NCBI GenBank assembly: GCA_035308965.1
Contig: DATGFN010000015.1
Span: 121,762 to 185,761 of the forward strand
Reading direction: 5' to 3'
Length of the DNA: 64,000 nt
From: Terriglobia bacterium
GTDB taxonomy: Bacteria; Acidobacteriota; Terriglobia; UBA7540
Every line of letters starts with the position of its first letter. Within the stretch, counting starts at the first letter, position 1. The notes below the pieces were generated by a model. The model did not search any database. It was given only the letters and a program-made list of their open reading frames with translations, and was not told the DNA's origin. Positions 20,674 through 30,015 of this stretch are shown here, piece by piece. The translations under genes and the position numbers were made by a program.

Positions 20674-20763
20674 ACTTAGTCCGATGCAACTCAGGATTCA
20701 AAATTCCAAATTCCAGAATCACTTAACCATCTTTATCTTACTGCCTTCTGCCTTCTGCCTTCT

Positions 20764-22545
20764 TCATTCAGCCGCTACTTTCTCCGGCGAATCCTGCATG
20801 ATGTAATCTTTCTCAGCGCCCGGGACGCCAAATTCATAGGCGCCGTGGTAGACCACCGGATGTTTTCCGGCAAAATTATCGAAGGGCGGCGGAGAGGGAA
20901 TAGTCCACTCGAGCGTCGTTGCTTCCCACGGATTCTCAGACGCCTTCTCACCTTTGAACATGCTCCAAAAAAGGTTGGCCACGAAAATGATCTGGGCGCC
21001 CGCGGTGATGAACGCCGCATAAGTCATGAACATGTGCAGGTCAATAATATGGGGTGTATTCAGGAAATTGACTTCCGTAAACTGGGAGTACCGCCGAATG
21101 TTCCCCGCCACGCCCAGGAAGTGCATGGGCATGAAGATGCAGTAGACGCCGACAAAAGTAATCCAGAAATGTAACTTACCCAGGGATTCGTTCAACATGC
21201 GGCCAAACATTTTGGGAAACCAGAAGAATGTTCCGGCAAACATTCCGAAAATGGCGGCCACGCCCATCACCAGGTGGAAGTGCCCAACCACAAAATAAGT
21301 GGCGTGAAGATTGATGTCCACAGGCGGCTGGGCGAGAAACAGCCCGCTGAGTCCGCCGCTGACGAATAGAGAAACGAATCCGATGGAGAACAGCATAGCG
21401 GTGGTCATGCGCAGCCTGCCGCCCCACAGCGTCCCCAGCCAGTTGAATGTCTTGATGGCACTCGGCACGCCGATCGCCATGGTCATCACGGAAAATGCAA
21501 AGCCGGAATAGGGGCTCATGCCGCTCAAGAACATGTGGTGGCCCCAAACCATGAAGCCCAGGAATCCGATGGCGGACATGGCGTAAATCATGGCCTTGTA
21601 GCCAAAGATCGGCTTGCGTGAAAACGTGGAGATAATGTGTGAGGTCACGCCCATGCCCGGCAGGATAGCAATGTAAACTTCCGGGTGACCGAAGAACCAG
21701 AACAAGTGCTGCCAAAGGAGCGGCGACCCGCCGCTATGTGGAATGATTCTATCGCTCACCACAAGGCCGGCAGGGATGAAGAAACTGGTGCCGCCTACGC
21801 GGTCGAGAAGCAGCAAAACGCCAGCGGCCAGCAGAACGGCAAATGAGAGCAGCGCCAGAATCGCGGTGATCAACCACGCCCAAATGGTAAGCGGCAGGCG
21901 CGTGAGCGTCAGTCCTTTTGCGCGCAAATCGAGTGTAGTGGCAATGAAATTCAGCGCGCCCAGCAACGAACCGACGCAAAAAATTGCGATGGAAACTATC
22001 CATAAAGTTTGGCCCAGACCTTCGCCCGGCCCCGCTGCCGATCCGATGGCGCTCAAGGGCGCATACCCTGTCCAGCCGGAAAGAGGCGGGCCGTCCTGGA
22101 TGAAGAAAGTTGAAAGAAGAACCACGAAGCCCACAAAAGTGGTCCAGAAGGAAAGCATGTTCAGCGTGGGGAAAGCCATGTCTTCAGCGCCCAACTGGAT
22201 GGGCAGGATGTAATTGCCAAACCCGCTTTGGGGCGCGGTGGTGAGCACGAAGAAAACCATCAATGTGCCGTGAAGGGTCATCAGGGAGAGGTAATATTCA
22301 GGCGTCATCACGCCGCCGGGAGCGCCGCTGGGAGAAAGCTTGTCAAGCAGCGGGATATGTGCGGCGGGCCACACCATGTGCAAGCGCATGAAAACTGAAA
22401 GCACGATGCCCACAAGAACCGACGCCAGGGCCAGGAAGTAATACTGTTTCCCGATCACCTTGTGGTCAAGGCTGAAGATGTATTTCCTTATGAAGCCGGT
22501 GGGCGCCGTGTGATGGTGAACGGCCTCCGCGTGCGCATCTGCCAT
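20764..22545 (-). CDS. ctaD: cytochrome c oxidase subunit I
   Basis: WFFGHPEVYI motif, 12 or more TM helices and 593 aa. Confidence 0.95.
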   Translation of the reverse strand: MADAHAEAVHHHTAPTGFIRKYIFSLDHKVIGKQYYFLALASVLVGIVLSVFMRLHMVWPAAHIPLLDKLSPSGAPGGVMTPEYYLSLMTLHGTLMVFFVLTTAPQSGFGNYILPIQLGAEDMAFPTLNMLSFWTTFVGFVVLLSTFFIQDGPPLSGWTGYAPLSAIGSAAGPGEGLGQTLWIVSIAIFCVGSLLGALNFIATTLDLRAKGLTLTRLPLTIWAWLITAILALLSFAVLLAAGVLLLLDRVGGTSFFIPAGLVVSDRIIPHSGGSPLLWQHLFWFFGHPEVYIAILPGMGVTSHIISTFSRKPIFGYKAMIYAMSAIGFLGFMVWGHHMFLSGMSPYSGFAFSVMTMAIGVPSAIKTFNWLGTLWGGRLRMTTAMLFSIGFVSLFVSGGLSGLFLAQPPVDINLHATYFVVGHFHLVMGVAAIFGMFAGTFFWFPKMFGRMLNESLGKLHFWITFVGVYCIFMPMHFLGVAGNIRRYSQFTEVNFLNTPHIIDLHMFMTYAAFITAGAQIIFVANLFWSMFKGEKASENPWEATTLEWTIPSPPPFDNFAGKHPVVYHGAYEFGVPGAEKDYIMQDSPEKVAAE

Positions 22546-22698
22546 CTGTATGTCTCCCTTGCGATAATTGCCGATTTCTGATTGACGATTGAAGATTTAA
22601 CGCCCGTTCGCCTTTTCAAACAGACTCATTTAAAGAATTGGCAGCGCAGCCACTTTGGATCCTAAAATCGTCAATCGACAATCGTAAATGGTCGATTC

Positions 22699-23535
22699 TT
22701 ACTGTGATGCCGCTTGATCCTGGAGCCACTTCTCGTAATCTTCTTCGGTCATCACTTTCAAGAATGCCCGCATTTTGTAATGTCCAAGCCCGCAAAGCTG
22801 AGTGCACACAATTTCATAGGTCCCATTGGGCAATTTCGGATCGCTGCTGTGATTGAGCGCGTCCGGGGTGGTGGTGAAATGAATGGGAATCTCAAGTCCT
22901 GGAACCAGATCCTGATGCACTCTCAGTTCGCGAACGAAGAAGGAGTGCCCCACGTCCTTGGAACGCAGTATCACTTCCACTTCCCTGTTCACGGGAATAC
23001 CCAGCGTGGCGGTCACAATATCGTCCTTGGCCGTGGCATCATGGTCGCGGTCTATGCCATAGAAGTTTCCCGTTGAGTCGTTGATCAGATTCACGTGGGT
23101 GGGGCCAAATTGTCCGTCGGGCCCGGGATAGCGGAAAGACCATGCAAATTGCTGCCCCTGCGCCTGAACCTTCAATGCCCCAGGCGCGGGACCGGTGAAA
23201 TGGATCGCCGCCCAGATGCGGTAGCCCATCAGATTCAGTCCGATAAACAGAATCGCCGCGGCCGTGGTCCACATGGTTTCCAGCGAATTGTTGCCGTGCG
23301 AGTAAGTGACCTTGCGGCCGTCGCCCTTATCGCGGTACTTGTAGACAAACCAGGCAAGGCCGAGTTGAGCGAGAACGAAAATGATTCCGCAAATGATGAG
23401 CGTCAAGACGAATTGGTTATCCACCGCCGCTCCGTGGGTGGAGATGGCGACGGGAAACCACCAGATTTTCGCCAGAAAGACGTACACGGAAACAACTGTG
23501 ATCAGGGCCACGACCAGCGCGAAGGCCAGCGCCAT
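22699..23535 (-). CDS. ctaC: cytochrome c oxidase subunit II (CuA; no fused cytochrome c domain)
   Basis: CuA site (CTQLCGLGHYKM), two N-terminal TM helices and no CXXCH. The RBS aaagaggagaa lies upstream of the start. Confidence 0.9.
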   Translation of the reverse strand: MALAFALVVALITVVSVYVFLAKIWWFPVAISTHGAAVDNQFVLTLIICGIIFVLAQLGLAWFVYKYRDKGDGRKVTYSHGNNSLETMWTTAAAILFIGLNLMGYRIWAAIHFTGPAPGALKVQAQGQQFAWSFRYPGPDGQFGPTHVNLINDSTGNFYGIDRDHDATAKDDIVTATLGIPVNREVEVILRSKDVGHSFFVRELRVHQDLVPGLEIPIHFTTTPDALNHSSDPKLPNGTYEIVCTQLCGLGHYKMRAFLKVMTEEDYEKWLQDQAASQ

Positions 23536-23714
23536 AAGTTCTCCTCTTTAGAGGTAGACAGCAAACAGTAGAGGGTATACAGGGACGATGAATCGTTCTA
23601 AAGATTCACCCTTCAGGCCCTGATTACAAACGCGCTCCCCAGCGCGGATCTCATCAGTCCCGTTTTTGTTTTTCCCTGGCTACAGTCTACTGTCTGCTAC
23701 CTACTTTACTTACC

Positions 23715-24497
23715 TCATCCCTTGAAACTGAAGTCGACCGACTTCGACTCCTTGGGAGCCACGGTTACTTTTTGTTCTTGTGTCCCAAAAGTGGCCGACC
23801 ACGCCTCGATGGTGTAGTCGCCCGGAGGAAGTCCCTTGATGGTGAATGTCCCATCGCTGCCCGAAACCGCAAACAAAGGATTCTTGGTCACGCCGATGTA
23901 AGCCTTCATCCAGGGGTGCTGGTTGCACTTTACCGGAATCATGATTTCCGCCCGCGCAAACGTCTTGTCCAGTGGAGCGGCGCCCGGCGCCTGGGATTCG
24001 TTCCATTCACGATTGTCTTTGGGTTGAGGATGGATGTTGTGCGTGGTGGCGTCACTGCTGATCACGTGCAGGGTCTGGTCCACTTGCACTCCTACCACGT
24101 GCGGCTTGTACATGCAGCCATTTTGGTCCAGCGTGACGGCATCGGATGGTTTGGGCCAGGCGTATTTGTCCGCGCCTTCTTTCACGTAAACAAAAACGTT
24201 GGGCAAGGTTCCATTGTCATTCACCTCGCCGTCTTCCACGTGAACGGGAGAGCTGTGCTTGCCCACGCAGACCGGGTCCTGATCCATCTTGATGACTGCC
24301 AGTTTCGGCTTGGCGCCGGTGAAAGTAATTTTACCCGTAACCGAACCCACGGTGGCTTGGTCCACCGGAGTCCCTGCCGGCGCCGCGGTTGTAGCGGCGG
24401 GCTGCTCGGTGTTTTCCGGCGCCTTCTCGCTGCTGCAACCAAACATCAAAATTGAAGTGGCGATAATCGAGAGCCATACCATCATTTTCTTGTTCAT
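23715..24497 (-). CDS. lipoprotein with possible type-1 copper motif (C-x2-H-x2-M) and C-terminal carboxypeptidase-regulatory-like beta-sandwich
   Basis: Lipobox (LMFGCSS); VKCNQHPWMKAY with an upstream His (HNIHPQ), resembling a cupredoxin ligand set; C-terminal SGSDGTFTIKGLPPGDYTIEA, a CarboxypepD_reg-like segment. Confidence 0.45.
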   Translation of the reverse strand: MNKKMMVWLSIIATSILMFGCSSEKAPENTEQPAATTAAPAGTPVDQATVGSVTGKITFTGAKPKLAVIKMDQDPVCVGKHSSPVHVEDGEVNDNGTLPNVFVYVKEGADKYAWPKPSDAVTLDQNGCMYKPHVVGVQVDQTLHVISSDATTHNIHPQPKDNREWNESQAPGAAPLDKTFARAEIMIPVKCNQHPWMKAYIGVTKNPLFAVSGSDGTFTIKGLPPGDYTIEAWSATFGTQEQKVTVAPKESKSVDFSFKG

Positions 24498-24548
24498 GTT
24501 TCAAAACCTTCCTATCAGATTAGATTTGTCCACAGCATTATTTCGCGA

Positions 24549-27500
24549 TTAATGAGATTTTACCAGCATTCCGATCAGCGTGGGCCGGGCATGGGCATCG
24601 GGGCCATCCCCTTTTTCAGTCTTCGTTTGTTTCATGCTGCTCGCGCTGAGTCCGGTGAGCTTGCGTTGTTCTTCAGGCGTAATCTCAAACATGTAACGGA
24701 CCAAAAGATCGGCCTGGTCGCCCTCATATCCCGTGAAAATGGGCGGGGTGGGGCCGGCAAAAACGTTGTGCCCGTCTTCCATTCTCTTGAACAGGCCGGA
24801 AGGCATGGCCGTGCCCGGACTGATCATCGCGGGGTCTAATATCCAGTGTTTGGTCCAATCCGGCTTTAGCCGTTCGGGCGCCAGCAAGAAATTGGGCGCG
24901 GTGGCAAATTTATCGTGATTGGCATCGCCGGTGGCATGGCACTTCAGGCAGGGCGCCGCGCGGCTGGTGAATAGCGCCCGCGCCATATCCAATTCCTTGG
25001 TGGTCAAGGGCTCGAGCTTGGGCGGAATGTATGGCATGGGCTGGCTGGACATGGCCTGGAAGAACCTCACCAGTTTGCGCACCTCGATGGGCGAGAAATA
25101 GAACGTCGGCATCCGTGTCTTCAGGTAGGGACGGACACCGTCCCGGTCCGTGTCCGTCTCGCTCATGGCGGGATTGGAAAGGAATTTGAGCAGCCATTCC
25201 GGATTTACGCGCGCACCCTCGGTGAGCAACTTGGGCGGAAGCTGATCCTTCCATTCCGGCGTTTGATAGCGCGGAATATCCATAAGCACGGAATCCTGCC
25301 CCACTTTGAACTGGTGGCACCCTTCGCAATTGTATTTCTTAACCAGCCACCACCCGTCCTGAACATCGCGGCGCTGGTCGGGGGGCAGATACCAATACCG
25401 TTGGGGGATTTCCGAGGTAACGCTGCCCATCAGGAAAGTGGTGAGTTCGTTGATTTGTTGTTTGGCCTCGGGCGCCAGATCCGGCAAACCTTTGGTGACT
25501 TTATCGCTCGCCGGCTCAAAGAAATCGGGCATGCGAGCCTGTTCGGCCTCGGTCTTGATCATGCCCTTGTCAAACATCTCCGGCTGGGAGAGCTTGTGCT
25601 CGAAGAAGCCCTTGTGGCTGTACCAGTCTTCGTTCTTGGCTTCGCGAATGTAAAGGGCGAAGTCGATCTGCTCGAGAGGCTTGCTGCCCTCGGCGGTCAG
25701 TTCGGTGCCGATTCTCCCTTCGTCCTCCATGCCTTCGATTTCGTGGCAGCCCGCACAACCATAGAACCGGATCGTTTTTTTGCCCTCTTCCTTGAGCTTG
25801 GGATCGTTCATGAACGGCGCCGCGGCATATTGGGCGTCCGGACGCTTCAGCGTCTCCAAGTAGCTGGCAATATCCCGCGCCTCCGGCCATGAAAGCCGCA
25901 GGTTGGGCATCACCGTCATCTGTTCCACCACCATCTCGTGGCCGTCGTTCGGGCACTTGGTGTGGTTCAAGTCAAAGGTGTAGGGCGGCAAGCCGTGCTT
26001 CTTGTAATCTTCATCGGTAATATCCCTCTTCTCAAAGGGACAATAGGGACGCGTGCGCTCGCGTGGGTTGTGGATCCAGCGTACCAGGAAATCGTAGTTG
26101 TCTTTCTCCCCCACCCTGGTCAGGTTGGCGGCAAACCAGCCACCCACCTGATTATTGCCTTCGCCCACCGAGTGGCAGCCCATGCAGCCGCGCGTCTCAA
26201 AACTCTCCTTGCCTTTCACCGGGTCACCCGGCGCCTGATGGGGAAGCGTTGTGTTAATGGCCGTCTGCCAGAGGTACGCCGAAATTTCCTGAATGTCCCC
26301 GTCGTCAAGACGGAATCGCGGCATCTTGGTGGTGGGGCGGAAGGCGTGGGGATTTTTGAGCCACACCGGAATCCATTCCGGGTGAATCTTGACACGAACT
26401 TCCTTTAAGTCAGGACCGACTTTCTTGCGACCCATCATGAGATATTTGGATTTCACCTCGAGCTGGTCCAACTGCATCGCGATTTGACTGGAGCCAACGC
26501 GCAAAGTGTCCGCGTGAGTATAGAACTTGCGCGCCGTATCGTTGTCGGGAGCGTGGTCGCCGCTGTCAATGTCGCGCTGCGCGTTTCGCAGATCATCGGC
26601 GCGTTGGGTCTCCATTTGCATGATCTGTTGTTGATTGGCGACTAGATCTTCAGGCTCCGAATCGTATCCCTGGAAGCGATGGCACCCGATGCACCCTTTC
26701 CACTGAAGAAGTTGCTTGCCGGAAGTCAATTCCTGAGCGTGATCCACCACCATGTCTGCCGCGTGGCACTGCTGGCAGCCCGCCTCCATGTTGCCTTTAT
26801 GATAGAGAGGCCAAAGCCAGTGCTCGTATTCTCCGTGGCCCATCTCCACACTGTCCACTTGCATTCCGTTGCCGTTGTGGCACGGCGTGCAGCCAAATTT
26901 ATCCGGATCGTGAATTCGCAGCAACTCCATGTCCGGATGGCTGGTGAACGCCGCCGACATGGGATTTTTTTCGCCGCCCATGTTCTGCCGCGTCAACAGG
27001 ACCGATTCACGAATGCCCACATGGCACGACTCGCAACGGTCGACGACTCCGGCATCGGGAATGTTGATCTGGTTGATATCGATCTTGGCCGTCTTCGCCT
27101 TGTTCAGGAGCCCTTTTAACTGCTCGGCGCTGAGACCATTCAAATGGTCGTGAAGGTAAGCCGCAAGTTTTTTCGACGCCGCGCCCTGGGGCTTCAGGAT
27201 GTCGCCTTCTTGCTGCTGAAGATTCCCTTTCTCGGTCTGGAGATTGGCAAACTCGTTTTCCAGTTCCTCAAATGTGAACGTCTTTCCGGCGTAGGCGGAC
27301 CCGCCGAGGGTGAACGGCCCCTTCTTGTATTCGTCCACGTCGTGTTCCAAGGACTTTCTTGTCGGCCCCTCGGGGGTATGCTCGGCCACGTAGATCATGG
27401 AGCCGACCCGGGCCCGCTGGTTGGTCAAGGTCCCCAGAACCGACGCAATTTTTGCGTCGATGGCCGCGGTCTGCTCATGAATCTGCTGCAATTGCGGCGC

Positions 27501-27779
27501 CGCCGCGTCTTGGGCGTCCTTGACTTCTTTTTGAAGCGCCTGATAGTCAGCGGAATTCTCAATATCTTTTTCGGCTTTTTCCTGGTCTGGGATTTCTTTG
27601 GTCAAAAGGGCGGCGTATAGCTTGGCGAATCGCTGCTCGTAATTCTTCCAGGGACGCAGGCCGAAGAACTCGTCGTAGAGCGACCATCCCAAACTCGAAA
27701 TCAGGAGGAAGGCGGCGATCACGAAATAGCCGGCCAGCGACCGGCCAACAATCGGGTCCTTCTCGGGGGCGTCAGGCAA
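24549..27779 (-). CDS. membrane-anchored c-type cytochrome, 1076 aa, with 8 CXXCH motifs (probable cytochrome c subunit of the bc complex)
   Basis: Eight CXXCH motifs: CESCH, CTPCH, CQQCH, CIGCH, CMGCH, CAGCH, CEGCH, CLKCH. N-terminal TM helix and a long coiled-coil-like segment. Located directly downstream of the Rieske and cytochrome b genes. Confidence 0.8.
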   Translation of the reverse strand: MPDAPEKDPIVGRSLAGYFVIAAFLLISSLGWSLYDEFFGLRPWKNYEQRFAKLYAALLTKEIPDQEKAEKDIENSADYQALQKEVKDAQDAAAPQLQQIHEQTAAIDAKIASVLGTLTNQRARVGSMIYVAEHTPEGPTRKSLEHDVDEYKKGPFTLGGSAYAGKTFTFEELENEFANLQTEKGNLQQQEGDILKPQGAASKKLAAYLHDHLNGLSAEQLKGLLNKAKTAKIDINQINIPDAGVVDRCESCHVGIRESVLLTRQNMGGEKNPMSAAFTSHPDMELLRIHDPDKFGCTPCHNGNGMQVDSVEMGHGEYEHWLWPLYHKGNMEAGCQQCHAADMVVDHAQELTSGKQLLQWKGCIGCHRFQGYDSEPEDLVANQQQIMQMETQRADDLRNAQRDIDSGDHAPDNDTARKFYTHADTLRVGSSQIAMQLDQLEVKSKYLMMGRKKVGPDLKEVRVKIHPEWIPVWLKNPHAFRPTTKMPRFRLDDGDIQEISAYLWQTAINTTLPHQAPGDPVKGKESFETRGCMGCHSVGEGNNQVGGWFAANLTRVGEKDNYDFLVRWIHNPRERTRPYCPFEKRDITDEDYKKHGLPPYTFDLNHTKCPNDGHEMVVEQMTVMPNLRLSWPEARDIASYLETLKRPDAQYAAAPFMNDPKLKEEGKKTIRFYGCAGCHEIEGMEDEGRIGTELTAEGSKPLEQIDFALYIREAKNEDWYSHKGFFEHKLSQPEMFDKGMIKTEAEQARMPDFFEPASDKVTKGLPDLAPEAKQQINELTTFLMGSVTSEIPQRYWYLPPDQRRDVQDGWWLVKKYNCEGCHQFKVGQDSVLMDIPRYQTPEWKDQLPPKLLTEGARVNPEWLLKFLSNPAMSETDTDRDGVRPYLKTRMPTFYFSPIEVRKLVRFFQAMSSQPMPYIPPKLEPLTTKELDMARALFTSRAAPCLKCHATGDANHDKFATAPNFLLAPERLKPDWTKHWILDPAMISPGTAMPSGLFKRMEDGHNVFAGPTPPIFTGYEGDQADLLVRYMFEITPEEQRKLTGLSASSMKQTKTEKGDGPDAHARPTLIGMLVKSH

Positions 27780-27894
27780 TGCGCTGCTCCTCGTAGCGCC
27801 GGGCTTCAGCCCGGCATCTTAATCATTTGTGATTTGTCTTGAACCCTGCCGCCCTGAAGGGCGGCGCTACAACATCACTGCAATGCGTTAATTC

Positions 27895-28836
27895 TTAAAC
27901 GTTGAACCACCACGTGACCCAGACGTACTTGATGCGAAACACCAGCCGCAAAATCATCTTGACGGGCAATAGCAGCATGGTGATCAGGAAAATTTGGAGT
28001 GTGATGTATTGAATCAGGCTCATGCGCTGGTAGATCTTCCGGTTGAATTCCGTCCACGTGATGGCCTTGTGAAATATGTATCCCGCTCCGGCAAAATAAA
28101 GGGCCATCACGACAGCGCCGAAAATGGCCTTGCCCGTCATGCTGGAAATGCCGAAAATGTCGGGCAAATCCCGGTTGACTTCATATATTACCCGGCTGGG
28201 GTCCCAGGTCTGTCCCGGCCAGAACCACATCCACCCGGGCCCCCGAATGAACGTCCCGACCAGCACCATCAAGACCCAGAGAAATAGGAATCCGAAGCAG
28301 AAGGTGGCAATGGAAAACCTGCGTTGCTTCCAGGTGTAGTAGCCGGAGCCCAGTGGATTGGTGTCCACGTAAGGGATAATCATCAGTCCCAGTACGATCA
28401 AGGTGGGCATTACCACGCCGGCAATCCAGGGATCGAAATACACCAGCATTTCCTGAAGCCCCAGGAAATACCAGGGCGCCTTGGCGGGATTCATGGTCAG
28501 GTTGGGATTCGCCAGTTCTTCCAGCGGCGCGTTGAGGGTGATGGACCAAATAAATAAAATGACGGTGACAATGATGGCGGCCAGAAATTCCATCCGCATC
28601 AGATACGGCCAGGTCTGGAGTTCCTTGGCCCAACCCGCCTTCCACGGATAGTTTTTCCGGTGGGCAGTCTTGGCCAGTTGAGGATCGCTCTCGAGTTGCG
28701 CAATCAGGCGGTCGTTGGCAAAAGCCTGACTGAAAGCCATCCAACAGAAAAAAGGGATAAGGAAGATGAGCGCGACAATAGGAATATTGTCAGGCGCCGA
28801 GCTGACTTCCCAAAGTTGATGCCAGTCAAAACCCAT
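27895..28836 (-). CDS. cytochrome b C-terminal domain protein (PetD/subunit IV-like, extended)
   Basis: PEWY-like motif (AKAPWYFLGLQEMLVYF) and multiple TM helices. Follows the cytochrome b N-terminal-domain gene. Confidence 0.75.
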   Translation of the reverse strand: MGFDWHQLWEVSSAPDNIPIVALIFLIPFFCWMAFSQAFANDRLIAQLESDPQLAKTAHRKNYPWKAGWAKELQTWPYLMRMEFLAAIIVTVILFIWSITLNAPLEELANPNLTMNPAKAPWYFLGLQEMLVYFDPWIAGVVMPTLIVLGLMIIPYVDTNPLGSGYYTWKQRRFSIATFCFGFLFLWVLMVLVGTFIRGPGWMWFWPGQTWDPSRVIYEVNRDLPDIFGISSMTGKAIFGAVVMALYFAGAGYIFHKAITWTEFNRKIYQRMSLIQYITLQIFLITMLLLPVKMILRLVFRIKYVWVTWWFNV

Positions 28837-28909
28837 TTATGACCTCAAAATAGATGGTTAGGTGGCATGTAGAATGTGGGCCCACCCACCACATGCGACT
28901 TGCTACCTA

Positions 28910-29818
28910 CTAAATCTTCCTCTCCGGCTTGATTTCCGATTCCAGCATGACGGGCGCGGGGCCGGAAATTCCGCCGTCTTTTCGCACCCGCCAGAAATGC
29001 ACGCCCATAAAGGTTCCCGCGATCAGCGGTATGGCAATGCAGTGCCAGATGTACGCGCGCAACAACGCATTGGCGTCCACAATCGAGCCGCCCAGCAGGG
29101 CGAAGCGGACGTCATTATATGGAGTCATCCCCAACTGACGGCCCAGCGGTCCCTGATAACCCAGGCCCGGAGTATTCTGCGCCATGGTCGTTCCCACCGT
29201 GACCGCCCAGAAGCCCAGTTGATCGTCGGGCAGAAGATATCCTGTGAAGGAAAGCAGCAGAGTCAGCACCAGCAGGACTACGCCCACGCACCAATTGAAT
29301 TCGCGCGGCTTCTTGTACGAGCCGGTAAGGAAGACGCGGAACATGTGCAACCACACGGCGATCACCATCAAGTGGGCGGCCCAGCGGTGCATATTGCGCA
29401 AAAGTTTTCCGAACGGGACATCGCTCATCAGGTAAATGATGTCGTTATACGCCTGCCCCTTGGTGGGGTGGTAATAGAACATCAGCAGGACGCCGGTGAT
29501 GGTGAGGACGATGAACAGATAAAAGGTGATGCCACCCATGCCCCAGGTGTAGTTGTAACGGACCGCATCGCGATTTACTTTGGCGGGATGAAGATGCAGG
29601 AAAACGTTGGAGAGCACGCCCAGGGCCCGGCTGCGCTCGCTCTCGTCATGCTTCACCCGAAAGATCGATTTGTAAAGTTGCGTCTTCTCCGGCTTCTTGA
29701 GAGCTTCGGCTTCTTCAATTGCCCTTTCCTTCAGGACCTTCGTATCCTGGAGAAGCTTCTCCACAAATCCGGGCGACGGTTTCTTTTCGGGAACCTCGGG
29801 ACTGGGACGATCAGCCAT
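28910..29818 (-). CDS. cytochrome b N-terminal domain protein (cytochrome b6-like, bis-heme)
   Basis: HRWAAHLMVIAVWLHMFRVFLTGSYKKPREFNW...HFWRVRKDGGISGP aligns with PetB-type cytochrome b6, including the four heme-ligand His residues. Confidence 0.85.
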   Translation of the reverse strand: MADRPSPEVPEKKPSPGFVEKLLQDTKVLKERAIEEAEALKKPEKTQLYKSIFRVKHDESERSRALGVLSNVFLHLHPAKVNRDAVRYNYTWGMGGITFYLFIVLTITGVLLMFYYHPTKGQAYNDIIYLMSDVPFGKLLRNMHRWAAHLMVIAVWLHMFRVFLTGSYKKPREFNWCVGVVLLVLTLLLSFTGYLLPDDQLGFWAVTVGTTMAQNTPGLGYQGPLGRQLGMTPYNDVRFALLGGSIVDANALLRAYIWHCIAIPLIAGTFMGVHFWRVRKDGGISGPAPVMLESEIKPERKI

Positions 29819-30015
29819 GAATCTCCTGAGTGCAGTGACGAGTGACGAGTGATGCGTGACAAGCTCTGACCGTTGACTTCGCCTGCTCGCAGATTGATGC
29901 TCTGCTCCCTACAGTTTGCCCCATTACCTTTCTTCCTCGCTCAGCCATCAGTGGTTCGTTTAGGTGTTTTCTTACTTCCTGCTCGCCACTCGTCATTAGT
30001 CACTTGTCACTGTTC

